Origin: the human T2T-CHM13v2.0 reference genome, Homo sapiens
Reading direction: 5' to 3' (one strand)
Assembly: GCF_009914755.1 (NCBI RefSeq)
Contig: NC_060934.1
Length of the DNA: 64,000 bases
This document shows positions 52,220 through 64,000 of the stretch, in pieces. Numbering within the stretch: the first letter of the stretch is position 1; each line of letters opens with the position of its first letter. The notes under the pieces are model-generated. The model ran no database searches. It worked only from the letters and a program-made list of their open reading frames with translations, and was not told the DNA's origin. A program made the translations under genes and the position numbers.

Positions 52220-52350
52220 CCCATTTATGCTGGAGGTTGCAAATTTTTTGTGTGTGAGAAATCAGACCTTGGTGATGACCTTAAGCAATAGGATATAAAT
52301 AACTCCCACAAGCTTAGTGTTCCAATTATGGAACACTCGGTATAAACGGG
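52220..52350 (-). mobile_element. MER85 piggyBac MITE, second copy in inverted orientation
   Basis: TTAA at 52216-52219 and 52351-52354; TIRs cccatttatgc / ggtataaacggg; palindrome gttccaattatggaac at 52319-52334. Confidence 0.9.
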
Positions 52351-53100
52351 TTAAGAAATAATTATCCCTGTCTAATTAGCACTGCTCCTACCTAATAAAT
52401 CTTGAAAGTAAGACAAAAGAATCAACTGTCTCCAAGTAATTTATCTACATCCCAAAACAAAGCTCAACAATATTTCCATCCCCCCAGAAGATAACATTGC
52501 AATGTCTGGCATCCTGTCAAAAATTACCAGGCATGCAAAAAGGCAGGAAAATACAACCCACAACGAGGAGCAATGTCAATCAACTGAAACTGACCAAGAG
52601 TTAAGAAAGGTATTAGAATTAGCAGACAAGGACAAATATTCAAGATTTTAGGCAGAGATATGAATATATAAAAACACAAATCAAATTTCTAGAAATAATA
52701 TCTACAATGTGCGAGATGAACAGTAGACTGGATAGGATTAATAGCAGGTAGACATTTCAGAAGAAAAGACTATTGAACTTGAAGACATAGCAATAGAAAT
52801 ATCCAAAATGAAAAACAGAAAAGAAAGTTTAAAAAAAATGAACAAAGCATGAGTGAGCTGTGGAGACAACTTTAAGCAGCCTAAACACATGTAATTGGAT
52901 TCCACATGGGGGGCACAGAGGGATAGAAAATGATATTTAAAGAAATAATGGCTGAAAAATTATGCCAAACCTAATAAAAATATAAACCCAAAGATCCAAG
53001 GAGCTCATTTAATTCCAAGCACAAGAAATATAAACTAACGTATATCAAAGCACATTGCAAATTGCTTAAAACCAGGAACAAACAAAACATCTTAAAAGCA

Positions 53101-53260
53101 GCTGGGCGTGGTGGCATGTGCCTGTAGTCCCAGTTGCTCGGGAGGCTGAGGCAGGAAGACTGAGCCCAAGAGTTTGAGGCTACAGTGGGCTATGACTGCA
53201 CCACTGCACTCTGCCCTGGATGACACAGTGAGACTTCACTTTTTAAAAAATAAAAATACT
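53101..53260 (+). mobile_element. Alu monomer (FRAM-like)
   Basis: Right-arm sequence only. Confidence 0.85.
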
Positions 53261-53886
53261 AAATGCAATTAGAAAAAAAGGACATATCACATAAACAAAA
53301 GAAGGTAAGAATGATAGCAGATTTTATGTCAAAAGCAAGGCAAGTGTAAAATAGTGAAGCAAAATCTTTCATAAACTAAGAAGAAAAAATTGTCAATCTA
53401 TAATTCTATACCCAGCAAAAATAGCTTCCAAAAATAAAACTGTAGCTCCAATTATACAACTAGTTAGCACATGGTACTTATAAAAATAAAGGCAAAATAA
53501 GGATTTATCAGACATATAAAAATGGAATGAATTCATCACCAGAAGTCCTACATAACAAAAAATGCTAAAGTAAATTATTTTAAGTAGAAAAAATAATCAG
53601 GTAGAAATATGGATATACACAAAGGAATAAAGAACAGTGGAAATAGTTACTACCTGGGTAAATACATAAGAGCTTTCTCCTTATTATTTAAGCTTTTAAA
53701 AGAGAAGTGACTTCTCAAACAATAATAACTTATATGGAGTTAATCACATATGTAAAAGTAAACTGTACAACAATACAAAGGCCAAGATGGAAGTATCCTA
53801 TTGTAATGTTCTTATATGATATGTGAAGTGATATAATATCACTTAAAGGTAGACTATGATAACTTAAAGATGTATACTCTAAATAG

Positions 53887-54184
<298 letters not shown>

Positions 54185-54993
54185 ATTATACTGTAAATCT
54201 TAAAGCAACCACAAAATAACAAAACAAAGACATATAGCTAATTAGCCAACAAAGGAGACAAATGGAATCATTACAAAAACAAACAAACAAACAAACAAAA
54301 AAACACCTCAATCCAAAAGAAGGCAGAGAAACCAGGGAAAAGGGAATAAAGAATAGACAAGATACATAGAACACATACAGTAAGATGACAGATTTAAAAT
54401 TACTATATTGATAGTTACATTAAACGTAAGTAATCTAAATATACCAATTAAAAGACTAATTTTCATATTGGGGAAAAAAGATACAACTGTATACTGCCTA
54501 CAAAAAAAAAGCACTTTAAATAAAGCCACAAAAGGGTTAAAAGGATGGAAAAAGTTATACTATGCTAACACCAATCCAAAAAAAAAAAAGCTGAAGTGGC
54601 TTTATAAATAACAAGTAGAATTTACAGCAAAGAATATCAGCTGGTCTAAAGAAGGTCATTTCATAATGATAAAGTCACCAGTTCTTCAAGGGGACATAAG
54701 GATCCTAAGGGTTTATTCACCTTAATAATAGCTATGCATCCAAATACATGAAGCAAAAACTGACAGAACTGCACAAGGAAACAGACAAATTTACAAAGCC
54801 ACATATTTCAATACTGCTGGGGATCCCTGCTTTATACTAATAAGCAGTCCATATCCATGTTGACTTGTGGCAAAGTTTTATTTTGACATCTTACTGGTAT
54901 CATCGTAACTAGTGCTATTTTGTCTGGCTTGCAGGCTAACCAGGAGTTAGAGAAGAAGGCATTTTCAGGAAAGCTAACCTTAAAAATAAATCA

Positions 54994-55309
<316 letters not shown>

Positions 55310-55904
55310 TCAGCAAGTACGAGTTTTTAAAATGCAAAAATTTCCCAAATTTCTACTGAAAAGATTTATCTGGGAGTAATAAAAAAGTGAGAGTTTGAGA
55401 AACTTATGCAAGACCATATCAAAAAGCCCTAGAAGTTAAGAAATTTTGGCTTAACATTGACCCAAACTTTCTTCCAAAAAGCTAGGTTAAGAAAACATGG
55501 CAATATTATACCTCAATACAACTGTTTAAAGAAAAAGAACGAAAGAAAGAAAACAAGAGTAATGGTCATTTTCCAGGTTTTGCGAACTAGAATCCTTTCC
55601 AATTCAGCACCAAACCGGCCTTTGGAAGTTGTGCACATTTAAAAATAAAAACCTGGTGTTTTCAGGAGTTGGGTACAGATTTATTTGTACAATAAACATT
55701 TTTAGCAAAAAGCAGGCAGATGCTTGAATTCTAGCCTCTAAATCCAATGTAGGGGCACTAAAAACTCCAACCCTAATTGGACAGTTTTGTTCTTAAAATT
55801 CTACTGCATGAGCTTTCAAGCTGAGTTCCAGAATCCACTGTTACACACACATAGGACCTCCATGGTGACATCACTGCCGTTTACTTATTGGCTGGGAAGT
55901 GAAT

Positions 55905-56120
55905 GTGACCCTGGAATCAGAAGATCTTGATTTAAATCTCAATCCTGTCACTCCTAGATACATGACTCTGGCCAATCATTTTTCCTCTCAAGCCTTGATG
56001 TTGCTCATCTGTGAAATGGGAGTAATACTACCTACTTCACGTGGTACTTGTGATTAAATGACATTAGATAAGTGAAAATCCCGGCAGACTGCCCTGTACA
56101 TAAAAGTCCTCCATAAATAT
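55905..56120 (+). mobile_element. MIR
   Basis: ctcatctgtgaaatgggagtaatactacctacttca. Confidence 0.7.
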
Positions 56121-56130
56121 TTATAAATGT

Positions 56131-56435
56131 AGGCGTGGTGGCTCATGCCTATAATCTCAACACTTTGAAAGGCTGAGGCAGAAGGATTGGCTGAGCCCAG
56201 GAATTTGAGACCAGCCTGAGCAATATAGTGAGACCTTGTCTCTTCAAAAAATTAGCCAGCCACTGGCCAAAAAGTTAAAAAACAAAAAATTAAAAATGTA
56301 TCTCAGTTACTGGGAGGCTAAGATGAAAGGATTACTTGAGCCCAGGAGGCAGAGGTTGCAGTGAGCTGGGATCGTGCTATTGCACTCTAGCCTGGGTTAC
56401 GGAGTGAGATCCTGTCTCAAAAACATAAAAAATAA
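56131..56435 (+). mobile_element. Alu (J-like)
   Basis: Alu with rearranged centre; TSD ataaatgta. Confidence 0.88.
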
Positions 56436-57409
56436 ATGTATAACTAAGCATCACTTAAATTTAAACTGTGATTATTCATGACAAGTCACTTTCTAGTACT
56501 TGAACTGAAACTTTCGGTATTCACTGTTAAGAAGGCATTACTCTTAGCAACAACTGTTTGTCCCACCAGACTATGAACAATGCTTCAGGGAATAATAATA
56601 ATTATTATTATATAATAGGAGGAGGAAAATGAGGAAGAAGAAGGAATATCTTGAGAGAGGAAACTTCTCTCTTACTATGAAATCTATTCTTTTCATCTTT
56701 TAAATAGTCATTCTCCTATTTACCTATACTTGGTGATGGTAACTAATTCAGTAAGCCTACAATTAATGGAGGCAACTTTCCTTGTTTCTGCAACTCATGA
56801 ACTCTCCCTAGTTGTCCCTAGAATCAAAAATTGTGGGAAAACCATTGAGAACATATGAAAAAATGAAACAAAAGCCATTGTTGGGTAACTACAAGCAATG
56901 CGTGTGAATTTGGCAACCAAACAAGATAAAAAGTTTGGAGGAGAAAAAGGGTTGGGTGAAGATTATGCAAACACAGCACTTAACTTTTCAAAACCAACTT
57001 CTAGCTGAAATGGAAAATAATGGAGAAGACATTGTGTTTAGAGAGACTTGGGTATGGGGCAAGGGAAGTATGAACGGGTTTATAAATTGTAGAACTACCA
57101 AGTTCTGCAAACAGATAAAGGATGCTACTATTTGAACCTAGAACCAGTATCTGTGCTCAAAATGAAAGTGAGTTTTCCACAATAAGCTTGCAGTTTCTTC
57201 TGAGTTTTTTGTTTTCTCTCTTTTTTTTTTTTTCAAGAAGCCTAAATACAAGACATGGAACCAATTTGTTCATGGAAAAACATAAACTGCTTTCACTGCC
57301 TGCTATAACTAACTTGTGACTTCTTCCAACACTGTGAGAAGCAAGTGTATAGAAAAAAAAAAGAGCCATGCAATGAAAGCTTTTCATTCTTTTTTTATGA
57401 GGATTTAAA

Positions 57410-57441
<32 letters not shown>

Positions 57442-57444
57442 ACA
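57410..57444. repeat. (AC)n microsatellite
   Basis: Direct reading. Confidence 0.95.
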
Positions 57445-57765
57445 GATGTTGGGTTTATACAAATAATCAACCAAAACATCTTCCAACCATGTAATTTTCT
57501 TCTCAAGCATATAATATGATTTTTCTTTTTCCTGGAAACTCAGTGTCAGGATATATGATGGTGACTATTTTTTAAAAAATAATTGGATAATTCTGGGGTC
57601 AGAATGAAAAAAAATATATAAATCCTATTTCAAAGTCTAATACCGAATTCATTTTTAGGAAGTGGATGGACATCATCTAACACTGGTTGAAGTAAGCTGT
57701 CTCTTCATTTGAGTTCATGTTCTATCAATTTTTCCAGGAAGTTCTTAGCCTTATTTTTGGACTTA

Positions 57766-58093
<328 letters not shown>

Positions 58094-58974
58094 GCATGCA
58101 TGCTCACCTCTAAATTTCTAAATTTTCAGGGTGGAATTTCCTCATTATGGCACACAGTTCAGGGTCAGAGGTCCGTCTTTCTACTTGCCTGCTATCAAGA
58201 GCAGGAAACAGGACAGGCACAGCCCTAAGGCAGAGCATGCTTATCAAAGTTTCTCCTAGAGCCTCAGGGTGATTCATCCTGCAGAGGACCGCTCTTGTGT
58301 CCTCAAGGGTTCCTTTTGGAAAAGGGCAGGATCTCGTGTCCCCTTTGAGCCTCTCCTTCCCTTCAAGAGTGATAGGTTTCCTCCAATCTGTCCAGCCAGT
58401 ATTCTTCAGGTCATAACTGGGTCTTATCAGAACCACAGAGCCTTGCAATCCTTAAAAGGCAGGAAAGGGGAGATAAGAGCAGTGTAACCAGCAGGCTGCT
58501 GAAGTGAGGATGAGATTTCCGAGAGCCTGTATTCATGCACACAGATGTGTCCTAGCAGGCAGGCTTCCCCTCCACGAGGGGTTCATTTAAAGAACAGATC
58601 CTAAAGAGGAAGTGACTCTCCCCTTCTGCAGGCCTGAAATAGAGCTGCTTGCCTCACCAAGCACCATTGAGGGGATCAAGGCAGAAACCAGAGGCTGCTG
58701 GTTGCGATGCACAGCACTGAGAAAGGAGGCAGAGGGCTCTGGGGCTCAGTCAGGCTGATGGCCAGTTTCCGCAACGCTCAGCAGAGGGAAAAGAAAGCCT
58801 CTTTAGAAACAGAGTTGGCAAAACATTGAATATGAAGAATACTCAGAGAAAATGCATAATTACAGACACTGAGGAACCGTCTAGACTAGATCCCCATGGT
58901 ACATCCTTTATAGGAGAGAGTGGGGCTAGGGCTAACTCCTCACCTACATCCTTTTTTAAAAAATAAAAAAATTA

Positions 58975-59261
58975 TTTTAGAAACAAGGTCTTGCTCTGTG
59001 GCCCAGGCTGGAGTGCAGTGGTGCAATCATAGCTCACTACAGCCTCGACATCATGGGCTTATGTGATCCTCCCACTTCAGCCACCCAAGTATCTAGGACT
59101 ACAGGTGTGTGCCACCATGCATGACTAATTTTTAAATTTTTTGTAGAGATGGGGTCTTACTAAGTTGCCCAGGCTGGTCTCAAACTCCTGAGCTCAAGTG
59201 ATCCTCCTGCCTCAGCCTCCCAACATGCTGGGATTACAGGCATGCACCACTGCACCTGGCC
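58975..59261 (-). mobile_element. Alu (J-like)
   Basis: Full antisense Alu. Confidence 0.92.
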
Positions 59262-59504
59262 CCCACATATATCTTTTATATCAAATGGCTCTCCAGGCTT
59301 CCTATTCCTTCTTTATGTGCAGAGATAGGGATGGTTAGAGGAGGAAAAGTAAACCTAGGAAGCTACTGATACATCCTGTCATTTATGGCAAAAGCTTTAG
59401 GACCTTGGATCTGAATCCAAACCCAGACTCTACTACTTATTGTCATACCTCATTTGAGGTACTTAACCTATCAAGGCTTCCACTTAAAAAGCTGTGCTAA
59501 CTGT

Positions 59505-59796
59505 GGCCGGGCACGGTGGCTCATGCCTGCAATCCCAGCACTTTGGGAGGCCGAGGCGGGCGGATCACTTGAGGTCAGGAGTTCGAGACCAGACTGGCCA
59601 ACATGATGAAACCCCGCCTCTACTAAAAATACAAAAATTAGCCAGCTGTGGTGGCAGGTGCCTGTAATCCCAGCTACTCGGGAGGCTGAGGCAGGAGAAT
59701 GGCTTGAACTCGGGAGGTGGAGGTTGCGGTGAGCCAAGATCACGCTGCTGCACTCTGGCCTGGGAGATAAAGAAAGACTCTAACTCAAAAAAAAAA
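59505..59796 (+). mobile_element. Alu (S-like)
   Basis: Full Alu within a MIR. Confidence 0.95.
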
Positions 59797-60347
59797 GTGC
59801 TAATTAAAATAAGAACAGCATGTCAAGCCCTCAAAGCCCTCAGCACAGGGCCTGGCAAACAGTGGACAGTCAACAGATGATGCTACCAGTGGCAGCACCG
59901 CCATCATGGCATCCCCTCATGTCTCCATGACATCTAGAATGTGCTTCCATCACAACACCTATGCTTGTTTATTTACAAATGTATCCGCCACTGTAAGCTC
60001 CGTGAAGGCAGGATTCACTCTATATTCTCAATAACAAGCATTAAATGGGTACACACATCCACGTGCACAAGCATACACACACACACCACGTGGTTATCAA
60101 ATGTTAGCTGAACAAAGGAAAGACAAAATCAGCAGTTTGATTACTTTTACTTCTTGTTTCTATACAATTCTAATTTCAAGGACCTTTCTTCAGATGCTAA
60201 TAATAACATAATAATATAGGTGGATAACTTGACTAGGTTAACTGAAGTTGATGGTTACATCAAGATTCTATGTCCAGTAACACCAATTAAAGAAGATTGC
60301 TGAAACAAAGATTCCTTGGTCTGTGTGCTCCAGTCTGTACTAACATT

Positions 60348-60525
<178 letters not shown>

Positions 60526-62488
60526 TGCCATGAGTCCAACCATTATTCATCTTTACAGATTCCTCAGGCCGGTCAAACTGTAAACACGCAACAGAAGCTT
60601 TGCAGAATTACATGCAATAGCCAAACCACCTGGGATAAGTAACACTGCTACTGGGGCAAGAAAATTGTGCTCCCTTTTAATTGGGAAATTAAAGTACCAG
60701 ACTATTTCGGCATGGGTAAACATCTTTTCACTTATTGCAGAACTTAGAGAAAGGAGAAATGTGAATTAAGTCGTGAACACAAAAAAAAAAAAAAAAGAAA
60801 AAGTCACAAAAAGAGCAATATTTTTATATTTTTGCAGGGAACAAGTGCCAGGTGGGAGGGCTCTGGGTGCACTGCAAACAGTGCTAGACCCCCTGGCTGC
60901 TCAGGACCAACGGTAGCCTGCAGCTCTACCTCAAGGCAGGGCGAGAACCTCCAACTACCATCCTACTCTATTACCAACCCTGAGTAAACCTTTATGTTCA
61001 CAGCTTTGGGGGAAAAGTAAAGATTCCTTAATCAAGTCAATCTGTCAAGGATTTCCTAATACCTACTCTCTGGTATATTCTCATGGACAGAGGATCATAA
61101 GTAGAAAGCATCCCTAGCGAGGCTTTTGATCAAAAGGGTCTAGCACAGTCTTAATATGACCAATCATTCATGACTTACACCCACCCTGGACTGGCCACAA
61201 AGCACAAACTCCCTTCCAAGATTTTCCAGAAATATGATTTGAAAAAGAAAAAAAAAGCCAACGTGAATTCTGCTGTGTGTATGTACAATTTCCATTTGCA
61301 AGGGAAAGGTTATCCAAAACAAGCTTATGTTTCAGTTACTTTCAAGGTACTGCCACGGGCAAGGAAAGCCAAAATAAATTTCAAACAATTTTCCCCAAAG
61401 TTCAGACCTTTTCAAAACCAGTTTCAAAACTGGTATTTCCAAGTTGCAGTTCCAAAGAACCCTTTTTAAAAGCAGAAATTTCCTGTACATAAAAACTTTG
61501 ATAGGGTATTCAATATCATTATTATACTAAACAAAGGTGACAGCCAAATGAGATTGACTCAGAACAAAGGGAGAAGGGTTTGCAAATTGTTAAGAAGAAA
61601 AAAATGAAAGGGAAAGGAATGCAAGCATCAAGAAGCACTGTCAAAAAGGGGGAGGAAGGAAAGGAAGGAAGGGAAAAAGAGTAGAGCAGCCTTGGATAGA
61701 AACAAAGCCATGTATTGGAAACCCTGGGAAACTGCAGACACAAAAGGTGAGCTAGCAGCATGGAGGAGCTGAACGGGCAGCTGAATTGGCCAGAGGAAAG
61801 CTGAAAGAAGTAATCAGAAAGGATCGCAAGGGGGAAACTTACCCCAAGTCAAAGAGCAGGCTGGGGAGTGGAGGGAAAGCAATTAAACACCAATGACAGA
61901 TGGAGATAAGGACGTCCAAGGCAAATGTGTCCCTAAGACACTTGAAACCCAGGCCTGCCGGGAGGTGGCTGGGCGACAGCAACAGACCAGGAACAGGAGG
62001 GGCAGAATGTCAAAGAGGGAAACAAACAAAGGGTCCTAGAAGGAGGAGAAAGCTGCCAAAGTCTGGGGGTGAGGGGCGGTGTTAGGATGTTTGTGGGGAG
62101 TGGTACTATGGCTGCATAAGGAATACTAGAGAAGTCCTGAGCAAAGGAGGTCCCCCTCCCCAACTAAGCTCATCACCTTCTTCCTCCTAAGGGAAATGGC
62201 TCTTATTTCTAACCCCAAGGACCATGATGTTGGGGGGACAACATAGTCACCACTATCAAGGGGAACTGGATCATTTTCCAACAGTACCCCTGTGGAAAAA
62301 GAGGAAACAGGCTAACTTTGACCGCCCACCTATATCTGACATCCATCAAGAATTTTGTAGCATCCCAAGACATTAAGCAGGAGGAAAAAGTTTGATGGTA
62401 TGAAGGTGAAGTCATCTTCTGAAAGGAGCTGGGCTGGGTGAAAAAGGATAGTGGGTACAGTAGCCATGCTGGGCCTCTGTGTTTATGG

Positions 62489-62490
<2 letters not shown>

Positions 62491-62548
<58 letters not shown>

Positions 62549-62557
62549 GGTGTGTGT
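62491..62557. repeat. (GT)25 microsatellite with degenerate extension
   Basis: Direct reading. Confidence 0.95.
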
Positions 62558-62597
62558 AGCAAGACAGAGGGATGTATGTGTTTAAAAGTTGGCAATT

Positions 62598-63240
<643 letters not shown>

Positions 63241-63429
63241 AGAAGAATAAGATGCTAAGAGAACTGTAATGTGCAAAGAAATGTACTAAGGAAGGGAGAT
63301 TTATCCCAGTGAAAGTCCTGGGTGAAAAACCCAGTGAGGATCACTGAAGTCAGGGCATGTACAATGAAGCTGTAGAAGAAGATGAGACTCAACCTCCAGC
63401 TTCGTATAAGTTGACCCTTCCAGTCAGAG

Positions 63430-63640
63430 GGGAGTGTTGAATTTTCAATCAGGAGATCTTAGTTCTAATCTTAGCGCAGGCAAGGTTCTCAACCGTGGAG
63501 CCTCAGTTTCCTCATCTCCAAGATGGAAACCCTGGGTCACCAGCCCTAAGAACCCAACGGGGTTCTTGAGCATCTCAAGTGAAAACGTCAGTAAACCAAG
63601 TGAAAACTGAAAGACTGTAAACATCTGTTATTACTGCACA
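63430..63640 (+). mobile_element. MIR
   Basis: gcctcagtttcctcatctccaagatgg. Confidence 0.6.
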
Positions 63641-64000
63641 AAAGGGATGAAGTAAGAGATACATGAATGTGTAAATGGAGGCCAGAAGTGGATTAAGGGC
63701 TTAGAATTGTGGGTGCAACTCAGCAACCGTGAATCATCAGGGGATCTGAAGCAACAGCAGTTTCCAGTACAAGGAACCCCTAAGATTTCGAGGAGATTTG
63801 GAGTCAGAGGGTTTTATACATGCCCAAGCAATTATGGCTTATTTTACAACCTTTTATAGAACAAAGGCGATTGAAACTCACTGAATATCCCAAAAAGGAT
63901 TGTGATTGATGCTGGAGCTACTAGAGGGCCATTTATTCACAATTCACAATAATTAGGAAGGCAAGATGTTTTGGGGTGCTGGCCAGGAACTGGGAGACAA

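Overview
Great-ape (most likely human) repeat-rich intronic DNA, not prokaryotic. The only host-gene piece I can support is a 99-nt non-coding exon on the - strand (19528-19626). From memory it matches a SVIL 5' UTR exon, which would fit the neighbouring CKS1B retrocopy being CKS1BP2 on chr10p; I have not verified this. The rest is about 45 Alus, L1/L2/MIR fragments, MaLR/ERV1/ERVL solo LTRs, hAT/Tigger/piggyBac DNA transposons and microsatellites. Main points of interest: (1) a full-length SVA (28758-30866) followed 92 bp later, on the same strand, by a young CKS1B retrocopy with an intact 79-aa ORF, a consensus TATA box upstream and a second poly(A) run downstream, a candidate SVA-linked transduction or retrogene unit with no clean TSD; (2) two rare MER85 piggyBac MITEs in inverted orientation bracketing that unit, both keeping the CSB-PGBD3 palindrome; (3) an Alu-5'/U6-3' chimera inside one TSD whose ACAGAGA box is replaced by a local duplication; (4) a near-complete hAT-Charlie fossil. 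Almost all ORFs in the supplied track are repeat-derived noise. Repeat subfamily names come from recalled consensus sequences and boundaries are approximate.
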